From the NCBI GenBank assembly GCA_964016885.1, contig OZ024754.1, forward strand, positions 42,222,001 to 42,286,000: a DNA stretch of 64,000 nt, in the 5' to 3' direction. The notes under the pieces are model-generated. The model saw only the letters and a program-made list of their open reading frames with translations, was not told the origin of the DNA and did not search any database. The DNA comes from Eledone cirrhosa. Its lineage: Eukaryota. Position numbers and translations under genes: made by a program. The stretch's first letter is position 1. Every line of letters begins with the position of its first letter. This document shows, one piece after another, positions 40,296 through 53,270 of this stretch.

Positions 40296-40499
40296 GTTGA
40301 CGGTGCCTGTCTCTTAAGTCCTGCCAAACAACCTCTGGTTTTGGTCATGTCTTCTGGGGTGTAGCAATACTCAGCACGCTTGACCAATTGTGGATTGGTG
40401 AGGCTCTTTAACCTATAATTATACTTTTTAATTATTTTGTAGCCCTTGTAAGGCCCTAAGTTGTAATTTATCAAGCTTATACCTATATTTGGCACTCCA

Positions 40500-41168
40500 T
40501 TAACCCTTTAGCATTTAAACTGGCTGTGTGTGGCCAGAATCTTCCCCCATTTTTCAAACCGGCCATAACCAGCAGCTCACATCGATGTTAAAATATTGTT
40601 CTTAAAGTAAACGTCATCAAAATCTTGGTAGATTCGAGATTATATGAGATAACGGATTTACCACAAATATACAATCGTAAAAATAGAGTAATCATCATCA
40701 CTGTTTAACGTCTATTTTTCCATGCTTGCATGGGTCAGATGGATTGTCCGTGTTGAGAGACATATCTGGCCTGGATTGCGACACTGTACCTTGCTCTGAC
40801 GGGACTGTATATTTGGCTGGGGTTTTAACAGCTGGATGCCCTTCCTAACACCAACCACATTTATAGTGTAGGGCTGTAAATGGTAAAGGTTTAAAGACTG
40901 AAGTGGAATGGTAGTCACATTAGAGTATCAACTTGTTTATTAACCCTTTACCATTTACATTGCTCTGTATTTACTATTATATTTTCACAGTAAAGGCTTT
41001 ATCGCACATAATTATTTCACATAATATCGAATCTATGAGATTTTAATATTATTTATTTTGAGAACAATACCTTAACATCAGTATAAGCGGTTAGTTACAG
41101 TTGGTTTAAGCAGAAAGAGGTGAGATAATTCTGGCTGGATATGGCCAGTTTAAATCCTTAAGGGTTAA
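40500..41168. mobile_element. MITE A (40500-40692, followed by a SINE tail fragment at 40690-40870) and MITE A (40940-41168)
   Basis: TTAACCCTTTA termini; catcatcactgtttaacgtc...catgcttgcatggg tail in between. Confidence 0.7.
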
Positions 41169-41860
41169 TGTGATAGCATGTTAAATGGAGAGAGAGGAAA
41201 TAAGAAAGATATATAAAGGAAGAATTAATTCAAGGACTGGGCTTGTACATTTTTATCATCCTTGAAAGGATAAAAGCTAAACCAGACCTTGGTGGGATTT
41301 GAACTCAGAGCCTAGTAAGCTGAAATGATTGCCTGAAAACATTCTATTTGATGTTCAAATGACTGCCAAGTCTCAACTCTACATTTCTACATTAAACCAA
41401 TGTTAAATACATTAAAATATTTTTAGTTTTGTTTTTAAACTAAAAAGCTTGTATTTTTTTTTCTTGTGAGTATTTCTGTTAAGTGTTGAGGATTGCGATG
41501 GAATTTTATCATGTATTGGTAAGAATTTAATCTTTTGAAGTACAACAGGATTCTTCGTATCATTTGAAACATTAGTGGGTATCTATCATTAGAATTTTGA
41601 ATATCAGTTTGGTGTCTGTCATAAGACTTTCAAACATTAGCCTGCTATCTAATGCAGAGAATGTAGAATATTCTAGCTTAATGTCTGGCTATTATTAACT
41701 CATTTTTGTCACTTGGCAAATACATTGTCATTGAATTAGTCCCATGTCATCAGAGTTGTTAATCACAACACTATTGTCTAGCACCACACAGGAGGAACAC
41801 TTAATAGATTAAACACTCACATGTATAGCCATATATATATACACACATGTATAGCCATAC

Positions 41861-41895
<35 letters not shown>

Positions 41896-42506
41896 CACAC
41901 ACATGTATAGCCATATATATACACACATGTATAGCCATATATATATACACACATGTATAGCCATAAATACATACACACACACATGTATAGCCACACACAC
42001 ACACACACACACATGTATAGCCATATATATACACACACATGTATAGCCATACACACATACACATGTATAGCCACACACACACACACACACATACATGTAT
42101 AGCCATATATACACACACACACACACATGTATAGCCATATACATACACACACACACATGTATAGCCATATACACACACAAGCACATATATAGCCATCTAC
42201 ACACACATATGCACACATACTCACATATTCTCACTCGCACTCATATGCACACACACACACATGCTCACTCACACACATTCACATATGCACACACATGCTC
42301 ACACACTCACATGGTTACACTCACATGCTCACTCACACACATACACACTCACACATGCACACACTCATATACACACATATTCTTTTACTAGTTCCAGGCA
42401 TGAGACTGCAGCCATATTTAAAGAGATTTAGACTTATGTTGACTCCAGGATTTATTTTATTGGTAGTTTCTTGATGAACCACTAAGTTACAGGACATAAA
42501 TAAACA

Positions 42507-42721
42507 TTAACCCTTTAGCATTGACATTGCTCTATATTTACTATGATATTTTCATGGTAAAGGCTTTACCTCACATAAATATCTCGCATAATATCGAATC
42601 TAAGATTTTGATATTATTTATTTTGAGAACAGTACCTTAGCATCAGTATGAGCGGCCGGTTATGGCTGGTTTGAACAGAAAGAGGTGAGGGAATTCTGGC
42701 CGGATATGCTAAAGGGGTTAA
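42507..42721 (+). mobile_element. piggyBac-type MITE A
   Basis: TTAACCCTTTAGCATT...ATGCTAAAGGGGTTAA. Confidence 0.85.
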
Positions 42722-42751
42722 CATAGATCCAGAATCACATATATTATGTAG

Positions 42752-42938
42752 GTTCCTGAGTTGTGTTGGAGGTAACCACAGTTAATAAAGGTACTCAATA
42801 CATTGGTAGAGTATAGGCATCTTTATTATATATTGAAATTACTTTTACAGGACTAGAACTGTTTCATTCATATGATTTCATATGATTTCATATGAATGAA
42901 ACAGTTCTAGTCCTGTTGAAGTCATTTCTATATATAAT
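42752..42938. mobile_element. Inverted-hammerhead element, copy 3 (both cores truncated); extra arm fragment at 43190-43240
   Basis: Same leader; acaggactagaactgtttcattcatatga...tcatatgaatgaaacagttctagtcctgt palindrome lacking CTGATGA. Confidence 0.75.
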
Positions 42939-43124
42939 TGTTTCTACTTTTTGGCACAGGCCAGCAATTATCCCAGTACATTACTGGTACTTTATTTTAT
43001 CGACCCCGTAAGGATGGAAGACAAAGTTAACCTTGACAGGATTTGAACTCGAACCATAAAGGGACGTAACTATGCTGGAAAGCATGGCGTCCGACCCTCT
43101 ACCGGTTCTGCCAATTCACCGCCC
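42939..43124 (-). mobile_element. Full-length SINE family 2 with a 14-bp target-site duplication
   Basis: Reverse complement of the 35185-35375 family; tttctatatataat at 42925-42938 and 43125-43138. Confidence 0.85.
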
Positions 43125-43622
43125 TTTCTATATATAATAAAAATGTATGATTTCATATCCTTGCAAGCAGAGAAAAGCAGATGTAAAATGATGATGAAAC
43201 AGTCCTAGTCCTCTAGAAGTCATTTCTATATATAATAAAAAATATCATCATCATCAGCGTTTAACATCTATTTTTCCATCCTTGCATGTGTTAGACAGGT
43301 TGTCCACATTATGAGACAAGTCTGGCCAGTTGACCATGCCGTACCATGCTCAAACAGAACTGTATTTTGGCTGGGGGTTTTACAGTTGGATGCCCTTCCT
43401 AACATCAGTATATATATGTATATATATAAATCAGGAAAGAAGAGTGACATGGTTTGCTATACAAAAAAGGTTTTTAATCTCATTGCTGACAATTGTTTCT
43501 CTGAACTGGTAGGTCTAGAGATCGCTACCCGCTTGTTTTCACGTTACTCGATCACCAATACAAAGTTATAACCAGTCAATTCATCGGAGCTTGTGAGAAT
43601 GAAAAGACTATACAGGCATGGC

Positions 43623-43675
<53 letters not shown>

Positions 43676-43862
43676 GTATTTCTGTCGGACGGAAAGGTAC
43701 AGGAAAAAAAGAGTGCTCTATGTAGGCTACAGAGCTTATTAGTTATGTAACTAAATATATATAAATATATATTCATTCGGAGGGAGGATGTTATCTTGTT
43801 TTATTTACATAGAGGAAAAGAAACGGAAGTCTAATGACAAGATCCCAAGACCTCATTCACTT

Positions 43863-44250
43863 ACCATGTGGGGTAGACATTGTCATATCAAACCATGTGG
43901 GGTAGACATTGTCAAATCAAACCATGTGGGGTAGACATTGTCATATCAAACCATGTGGGGTAGACATTGTCAAATCAAACCATGTGGGGTAGACATTGTC
44001 AAATCAAACCATGTGGGGGTGGGCATTGTCAAATCAAACCATGTGCGGGTGGACATTGTCAAATCAAACCATGTGCGGGTGGACATTGTCAAATCAAACC
44101 ATGTGGGGGTGGGCATTGTCAAATCAAACCATGTGCGGGTGGACATTGTCAAATCAAACCATGTGCGGGTGGACATTGTCAAATCAAACCATGTGGGGGT
44201 GGGCATTGTCAAATCAAACCATGTGCGGGTGGACATTGTCAAATCAGACC
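43863..44250. repeat. 29/30-bp minisatellite (accatgtgsgggtggrcattgtcaaatcaa), 13 copies
   Basis: Seen directly; variant units recur with 3-unit periodicity in the distal part. Confidence 0.93.
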
Positions 44251-44831
44251 AAGGAATCAATGTTTCAATTGGTCTTTCCATTGCTGATACTATCTACTGG
44301 TCACAACTCCTGCCAGAAAGAGCAATAAGAAATAAAGTGTCTTGCTCAAGGACATACCACATTGCCCAGTCCAGGAATCAAACTCACAACAATATAATTG
44401 TGAATCCAATTCTCTAACCACTAAGCTATGCACCTTCACTCCATTGAGTACTTTTTACATAAAAATGTTTTTAATTTCTATTTCTGTTCCTTTATTTCAA
44501 ATTTGGTTTGGGTTCTGTTGTAAGAGCTCTAAAGAATAGTCGATACTTAAAAAAGGAGTGCTTAGAATTACAAATGAACTTCTACTGATAACTTATCAGT
44601 GCTGTCATGATCATTCCAGATGTTTGAACCGGATGAAGGGTTGGACATGTTATGTCAATACTGGAGTAGTTACCCATCCCCTCAACCTCTTCTATCAGTT
44701 GGTTCTGTCAATGTTTAACAAATATTCTTTTTTTTTTTTTTTTTTTTTTTCGTTTCAAATGATGGGAATATTTTTGTCAATTTCTGTTTTGTTTTTAGGT
44801 TTTTTTCCCCATCTACTTCTTTCTTTTAAAC

Positions 44832-45008
44832 TAGACATGGGCAACCTTTTTCGAGCAGTGGGCCACATAGGATGTAGCTCATCATAAGGTGGGCCACATA
44901 GGATGTAGCTCTTTATAAGGTTGATCACACTACTAAAAGATTCTAGGCAATTTTGAAATTAGGTGTGCCATTCAGAAAGCCAAATGGGCCACAGTTGGCC
45001 CATGACTG
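44832..45008. mobile_element. hAT-type MITE
   Basis: Termini tagacatgggcaa / ttggcccatgactg; 8-bp flanking duplication ttttaaac / ttttaagc. Confidence 0.75.
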
Positions 45009-46128
45009 TTTTAAGCAAATACAGTAAAACTTCCGACCTTTGTCTAACTTATATAAGTATGGAAGAACAGATGTAAATCTCTCTCTCTCCACTTCCCTAG
45101 CTCCTTCTACCCTCTCTCTCCATCTCTCATTCCTTCCACCCACTTCTTTCTCTCTCTCATCTATGTACATTGCATTAGACATTTCCCCTTATATGGTCAT
45201 TTATTTACTCTCCTCAAATGTTGACACAACACCTTTGAAGTTAACTCTAACCAGAAGATGTTAATTCTTAACACTGTCAACAATTACTCACCTTTTGTAA
45301 CCAAATATGTCCAGTTATGCACACCTGTTAGAAACTGTAAATTAATTACGTCGAGGGGGTTACGTCAAGTCCAGGTTAAACGAGAAGTAGTTGCAACACA
45401 ACTTAGTGCGTCATCAACATCCAATCTTTGAAGACTGTTGCAATGACTGAAAAAACTTGTTTAAAATAAATTGCTTTAAAGATACATACAAGTACATTAT
45501 TTTCATTCTTTGCACATGTATTTACTGATGTCCATATACGGTGATTTATACGTAGATAGGTATCGAAGGAGCACGTCAATTGTTAATCCTTTAAAATACC
45601 AAATAATTTGAGAGAAGAACATTTAAAAACAGGCAAAATAAATTTAATTTTCCTCTTAGTAGGCCTTGTTTTGTTTTATCTGTCACATTATCTGCAATAT
45701 ATCTTACCAAGATACTTGGGCTATGTTCTACCACTTATACCTTGTCTACATTGGTAAGTGTTACTAGCAGACACACTTGTTTTTTATAAGTAGTATATGT
45801 TCTCTTGTTTATGTAGAGGTGCAGGCATGGCTGTGTGGTTAACAGGTTCACTTTACAACCATCTACTCCTCGGTTCCGTCCTTCTGCCTGTTGCCTTCAG
45901 TAAATCTGTTCAACTGTATGTAACCCCAGGCAGTCTTAATGTCTTATGAATGTATTTACATGATGATGAGGAGGACTGCATGAAGCTTATCATGTGTGCA
46001 TGTTAATGTATATATATATTTACACACATGCACACACTCACACATGCACCACACTCAGACACACACATACACTCTCACTCGCACTCACGAATACACGCAT
46101 ACACACTCACTCACCCGTACGCACACAA

Positions 46129-46166
<38 letters not shown>

Positions 46167-46978
46167 CTGCACACACATACACACATACATACATGCATGT
46201 TGTCTACCAGTCACCCCTAAATATATCAACGACATTGCTTATGAAAAGTATGCGGTGATATTTGTTTGTGTCCTATAAAATGTTTAGTTTTACAATGTCT
46301 TCACTTATTGTAATACACTTAGACTGTTTAACTCTTAACATCCTGTAATGATTTAACCTGAAATTCAAATGTTTATAGTATCTTTACTAGTGGACAGATC
46401 ATTGTGAAGATGTGTCGTGTTAAAGACTTTACTTTCTTAATCTCCAGCAGTTATAAGGAGAATGTTTTGTTTATGTAATAAACCGACATAAAATTTCCTT
46501 TTTATTTTTTATTTAAATGTCCCTTACTTTACTAAATCTTTGAAAAGAATTTGAATGTTAAAAATATAGAAAAATAAAGTAAAAAAAATATAAGTTGAAA
46601 GAATTATAAATACAATTTATTATAGAAATTTTTTGTTTTTTTGTCAGGACCTTATTTTTATTTTATATATTTTCATGATGTTTTTGCTTTTATTTTACAC
46701 TAAAACTGTTTTATTTTTACTTAACTTCAGTCATAAGACTGTAGCCATGCAATGACACCACCTTGATTTAGTCTATCATATCAACAGAAAGAGGTGAGAG
46801 AATTCTGGCTGGATATGGTCAGTTTAAAACACTTTAAAATACAATTTTGATTCATAGAACCAGGCAGTTTGGTATCAAATGGCTAAACAATTATATTTTT
46901 CTATGTGAATTAATATACAAGCTTGTACATTAATTTAATGGTTCTCTAAACATTACTTTAGCAAGCACAGTAAGGTCT

Positions 46979-47019
46979 GCTTCACTGATGAAGTCGACTG
47001 ACCGAAACACGTCAGGAGT
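46979..47019 (+). ncRNA. Decayed minimal hammerhead ribozyme motif
   Basis: CTGATGA(46985-46991)-aGTCgactGACc-GAAACACGTC^aggag; stem I imperfect. Confidence 0.5.
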
Positions 47020-47852
47020 TAGCTCCTCTATTTCACTAAACAATCATTAGCTATTGTTTGTTTTGTTTTGTGGAGCGGGGGAGGGGTTTTCTCATCACAT
47101 AATTATTTTTCATTATCCTTTTAATGCCCCACTTCATTAAGCATGTTAAGGCAAACTTTATTTAATAATAACTTTGAGTTAGCAGCTCGTTATTGGTGAA
47201 GGAAAATATCTGGTAATTGTAAATATTGTAGATGAGAACCGGAAGAGGAGTTTGGAAAGGTCAGACTTCCTCTACTTTGTGAAACCAGATCAGCTATTTC
47301 CCTTTTTCACGACTACTAAATAAACTTCTTTATACATTGATTACTTCCATGTGGTTGGTCATGGCGGCTCTTTTGTGTGAATGGCTGAGAAGGACATTGC
47401 TGTGACATTACGGTTCTTACTATAGACCATTATTGTCAGACTCTCTACTACAAATCTAGATCAGCTGATTCCTATCTGATGGCATTTAAATACCGCTTTA
47501 ATTCTTTACTCTCTCTATCTATCTCTCTCTCTTCTTCTTCTCTCTATCTATCTATCTATCTATCCGTCCTTCTCTCTCTCTGCCTCTCTCTCCCTTCTCT
47601 ACTCTTCCCCCTCTTGTCTCTCCCTCTCATTGTTTCTCTCCTTCTGTTCCCTCTCATTGTTTCTCTCCTTCTGTTCCCGCTCTTTCTCTCTCCTTCCTCT
47701 CTCCTGGCTCTCTCACTCTCTCTTCCACTCTCCCTTCTTTTCCCTCTCACCCCTCCCCCACCCCCCACCCCCTGTAGTTAAGGCCCAGTATCCTGTTATG
47801 TTATGTTTTTTAGTTATTTTCTCTGTCTCTAATGACAACATTATATTTTACA

Positions 47853-47908
<56 letters not shown>

Positions 47909-47955
47909 ACTGTTCACCAATAGAAGTCTCCTAATGAGCTAGCTACTCCTTCATA

Positions 47956-48023
<68 letters not shown>

Positions 48024-48068
48024 CATATGTGTATTTCATTATCGTCATCATTTAACATCCGTCTAATG

Positions 48069-48119
<51 letters not shown>

Positions 48120-48421
48120 GTATGTATGTATGTATGTGTATATATATATATATTTCATTATCATTTAACATCCATCTAATGTATGTATATATATATATAT
48201 ATGTATGTATGTGTATATATATATATATTTCATTATCATTTAACATCCATCTAATGTATGTATATATATATATATGTATGTATGTATGTATGTGTATATA
48301 TATATATATTTCATTATCATTTAACATCCGTCTGATGTAAATATGTGTGTGTGTGTGTATATGTCTTTCTATTTCTCTCTTTATATGTGTGTGTGTGTAT
48401 ATGTCTTTCTATTTCTCTCTT

Positions 48422-48451
<30 letters not shown>

Positions 48452-48452
<1 letters not shown>

Positions 48453-48645
48453 CCCAGGTTCAATCAGGAGTAACCACAGTAAGTGAAGTACTCAACACAT
48501 TAGTAGAGTTTATACAAAATTTAATATAGAAATGGCTTCTACAGGACTAGAACTGTTTCATTCGAAAGAAATCATCAGGGATTTCCTGATGATTTCTTTC
48601 GAATGAAACAGTTCTAGTCCTGTAGAAGCCATTTCTATATAAAAT
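48452..48645. mobile_element. Inverted-hammerhead element, copy 4 (perfect 56-bp arms, 5-nt spacer)
   Basis: 48524-48579 is the exact reverse complement of 48585-48640; both arms carry CTGATGA...GAAACAG...CTGTA. Confidence 0.85.
48582..48628 (+). ncRNA. Type I hammerhead ribozyme (short stem I)
   Basis: TTTC-CTGATGA-tTTCtttcGAAt-GAA-ACAG-ttctagtc-CTGT-A^GAAG. Confidence 0.65.
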
Positions 48646-48784
48646 GTTATGTGTGTGTATCTCCCCCCCCCCCCCCTCATGCATTTCCATATTTCCTGCT
48701 ATCAAAAAAGTAAAATATAAATTTGTTTCTCTCTTGTTATTTAAAGCCAGCAAATAATTGCCATAAGTGGTGTCAGTACATAAC

Positions 48785-49112
48785 TATAGTGACCAGTGGT
48801 CAGTACAGTGACCAGGCTAGTGGTCAGTATAGTGACCAGACTAGTGGTCAGTATAGTGACCAGACTAGTGGTTAGTATAGTGACCAGACCAGTGGTCAGT
48901 ATAGTGACCAGACCAGTGGTTAGTATAGTGACCAGACCAATGGTCAGTACAGTGACCAGACTAGTGGTCAGTATAGTGACCAGTGGTTAGTATAGTGACC
49001 AGACCAGGGGTCAGTATATTGACCAGACTAGTGGTCAGTATAGTGACCAGTGGTCAGTATATTGACCAGGCTAGTGGTCAGTATAGTGACCAGACCAGTG
49101 GTTAGTATATTG
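48785..49112. repeat. 24-bp minisatellite (agtatagtgaccagactagtggtc) with an internal hairpin
   Basis: tgacca...tggtca inverted repeat in each unit. Confidence 0.9.
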
Positions 49113-49769
49113 AGATAAAGTTGACCTTGGTAGGATTTGAACTCAGAGTACAGAGAGCCAGAACAAATACCCAAACTTGCCAAATCAATCACCTAAAGGA
49201 GTTACAAAATTATTGATCTGTTATAGGAAGAATGATATGAAAATCAAGTGTTTTTCTCTGGAATTTCTCTGAATATCTATTTTTTAAGAAAGCATCCATC
49301 AGTGTTCACACAAGATACTGATTCGATTGTAATGATTTTAGCTAACAACTATTATTATCTCTTGGTCAATTATGGCTTCATTCTTAGCTCCTTCTTACAA
49401 ATATCTTCCATACCTTACAATATTGATTTCTACAAATACACTAAAACCTTTCAATAATCCTCGCTGAAATGTGGAATTGAAATCTCAGCAAATTATGCTC
49501 CTTATTGTTTCGTTATAAGTATTAATTTCTACAGAATTGGAACAAAGCAATTTTAAGCAAACCCTCTTGCTCAAGTACTGTCAGTTGTTCTTAACTAATG
49601 CTCTTATGTATTTGAACCAATCTTTATATTTCATCAATTCCTATCATTTGTTTGGCACATGTCCATATTCTTTTATTAGAAATGTTTTACGAAAATTACA
49701 TTCCTTTAATTTTCCCTTCTATCTTTTGGTTTTCTCCCAAAGTATTCATCATTGTCATCATCTTTTTGA

Positions 49770-50470
49770 TAAACACTACTAACATAGATATACCAGCCTA
49801 CAGTCACATCTCTAAACATTAATATATGATATACCAGCCTTCAGTCACATCTCTAAACACTAACATATGATATACCAGCCTTCAGTCTTATCAATAAACA
49901 CTAACATATGATATACCAGCCTACAGTCACATCTCTAAACACTAACATATGATATACCAGCCGTCAGTCACATCTCTAAACACTAACATATGATATACCA
50001 GCCTTCAGTCTTATCAATAAACACTAACATATGATATACCACCCTACAGTCACATCTCTAAACACTAACCTATGATATACCAGCCTTCAGTCACATCTCT
50101 AAACACTAACATATGATATACCAGCCTTCAGTCACATCTCTAAACATTAACATAGATATACCAGCCTTCAGTCACATCTCTAAACATTAACATAGATATA
50201 CCAGCCTTCAGTCACATCTCTAAACACTAACCTATGATATATCAGCCTTCAGTCACATCTCTAAACACTAACCTATGATATATCAGCCTTCAGTCACATC
50301 TCTAAACAGTAACATATACCACATCTCTAAACACTAACATAGATATACCAGCCTTCAGTCACATCTCTAAACACTAACATAGATATACCAGCCTTCAGTC
50401 ACATCTCTAAACACTAACATATACCACATCTCTAAACACTAACATAGATATACCAGCCTTCAGTCACATC
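49770..50470. repeat. ~42-bp minisatellite (aacactaacatatgatataccagccttcagtcacatctcta)
   Basis: About 17 tandem copies. Confidence 0.93.
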
Positions 50471-50864
50471 AAGGTCACAACAGCGTCTCTGATGTTGATG
50501 GCATGATAAAATGTACCCAATACACTACGAAGTGGTTGGTATTGGGAAGAACATGAAGCTGTTGAAACCCTGCCAAAGTTGTGTGTATGTGAATGAGATT
50601 GGGGGGTCACCCAACATGTCTAGGACTACAGTAGTCCCTATAAAGTACTGAGCTGGTCAATGATGACCTATCCAACCCATTCCAGCATGGAAAAACAGGT
50701 ATAAAATGTTGGTGATGCTGGTGGTGGTGGTGGTGGTGGCTACTGTTGTTATCAAATAGATCTCAGGTATGTGGACATACACCAACTTACAGTTGAGTTA
50801 GAATCCTTTGATACAACATACAAAGGAAAGAAGCCAATTTCTTATATCAGACCAAGGAAACCAA

Positions 50865-51435
50865 ATATGGTCAACCATATCTAGCTAGGTACCTTCTCTA
50901 TAGTATATCTCACCTGAGATATGGTCAACCATAGCTAGCTATATCTAGCTAGGTACCTTCCTATAGTATATCTCACCTGAGATATGGTCAACCATATCTA
51001 GCTAGGTACCTTCTCTATAGTATATCTCACCTGAGATATGGTCAACCATAGCTAGCTATATCTAGCTAGGTACCTTCCTATAGTATATCTCACCTGAGAT
51101 ATGGTCAACCATATCTAGCTAGGTACCTTCTCTATAGTATATCTCACCTGAGATATGGTCAACCATAGCTAGCTATATCTAGCTAGGTACCTTCCTATAG
51201 TATATCTTACCTGAGATATGGTCAACCATAGCTAGCTAGGTACCTTCTCTACAGTATATCTCACCTGAGATATGGTCAACCATAGCTAGCTAGGTACCTT
51301 CCTATAGTATATCTCACCTGAGATATGGTCAACCATAGCTAGCTAGGTACCTTCTCTACAGTATATCTCACCTGAGATATGGTCAGCCATATCTAGCTAG
51401 GTACCTTCTCTACAGTATATCTCACCTGAGATATG
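50865..51435. repeat. 53-63 bp minisatellite made of overlapping palindromes, about 10 copies
   Basis: atatctcacctgagatatggtcaaccatatctagctaggtaccttctctatagt. Confidence 0.93.
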
Positions 51436-52394
51436 ACAATAAAAAGGTTATCCTCTATCAATCAATTAGCAGATTACCTTTATATCAGTTTATTTTAAGA
51501 TGTTCTAATTATATTAATAACCCAGGAACATCCTAGACAGACTTTCTCTTGAATTTCTATTATTTTAGTCACTTTATGTAAAGGTCAATCTGTCTCTGAT
51601 ATCATCTCTCTCTCTCTCTCTCTCTCACACACATCACACACCCCCACACACACACACACACACTTCCTCCCACACTCTCTCCCCCACACCCTCCACCACC
51701 CACTCACACCACACTATTTACATCCAGTCAGCTATGCTCCCCCACACCACCACCCATCCACCTCACCACACTCCCTCACACAGCACCACCCTCCCTCACA
51801 CAGCACCACCCACCCTACCCCTACCCTCACACCACCCCCACTACCCCACTCCACCACACCACCCCCACTACCACCACAATACATCCAGTCAGCTATGCAT
51901 AACAAAGTGCATAAAATGCTGCAGACATATTGACTGTACTTAAACATGATTCAATATAAATGGGAGGAGGGGGTAATATCCTGGTCGGGGGGGGGGGGGG
52001 GGGGAGGGGGGGGGGGGGGGGGGGGTCATGATATCTTGGCAACTGAAGGTATGTAGTTTAGTGGTTAGTGTGTTCAGCTGACAACCATAAGATCAGGAGT
52101 TCAATTCCTAGTTAGCAACTTGTGTCAATGAGCAAGATGAAACTGTTTATTTTAAAGTGTTTATATCTATCTAATCTTATGTAAGAACCTTTAAGTTATA
52201 TTCCAAACACCAGATAAATAATAATGAGGAACTTAGTCATGTTAGTCAAATTCTTAATTATTTCAAAACAAATATTTGGCAGGGTGGGTTGGGGTGTAAA
52301 CACTGGTTTCGTTTTTGTATTTGATGGTAATTTATGACATCTGCATAAGTGGAAAATAAGTTCTTAGCTTTGCTCAATGTTGATTGGTCTAGCT

Positions 52395-52618
52395 TTAACC
52401 CTTTAGCATTTAAACCGGCCATATCCGGCCAGAATGCTCTCACATCTTTCTGTTCAAACCAGCTGTAACTGGCCACTCATATGATGTTGAGGTATTGTTG
52501 TCAAAATAAATATCAAAATCTCATAGATTCTATATTGTGTAAGATTTTATGTGAAGTGAAGCCTTTACCTTGAAAATACAATAGTATATATAGAGTAATG
52601 TCAATGGTAAAGGGTTAA
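52395..52618 (-). mobile_element. piggyBac-type MITE A
   Basis: TTAACCCTTTA...TAAAGGGTTAA. Confidence 0.85.
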
Positions 52619-52681
52619 GAATTGGAAAATACCAGCCAATCATTTGGCTAGCTAGCCAGCCAACCATCCGGTCAGTTATTT

Positions 52682-52875
52682 AGCCAACCAACCAACCATC
52701 CAACCAACCAACCAACCAACCATACAACCATACAACCATCCAACCAACCATACAACCAACCAACCATACAACCAACCATACAACCAACCATCCAACCAAC
52801 CAACCAACCAACCAACCAACCAACCGCCCAACCAACCAACCAACCGCCCAACCAACCAACCAACCAACCCACCAT
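52682..52875. repeat. (CCAA)n microsatellite
   Basis: Seen directly. Confidence 0.9.
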
Positions 52876-53072
52876 TTGCCCAGCTCTCACTTATCCTTCA
52901 TTAGTTATTCTATAAGTCAATATCTGCTCCAGCAGAAACACTGCAACATATTTCTACATTCTCACCAACTCCAATATTTGCTGCCATTTACTGTCTCAAC
53001 ACACAACATTGTCTATTTCTCTTCCTTACACACTGACACACACACACACACACACACACTGACATATTGATA

Positions 53073-53113
<41 letters not shown>

Positions 53114-53270
53114 ACATATTGACACACTCACACACACACTCTGACACACACTGACACACATTTATTGAGATATTACAACTTAACACTTCCTTCATATATA
53201 TATATTGTCTTCATCACATCCATTTTTCAGATAGAAAATAACCCCCCTCCCCATCTCTGTTTTAATGAAA

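Noticed and set aside
43510-43625. Possible minus-strand hammerhead (CCGATGA...GAAA)
   Set aside because: Core deviates and I could not build convincing stems I and III; may be a decayed Penelope end
51987-52025. Long poly-G run with G-quadruplex potential
   Set aside because: Simple homopolymer of uncertain assembled length, with no functional context
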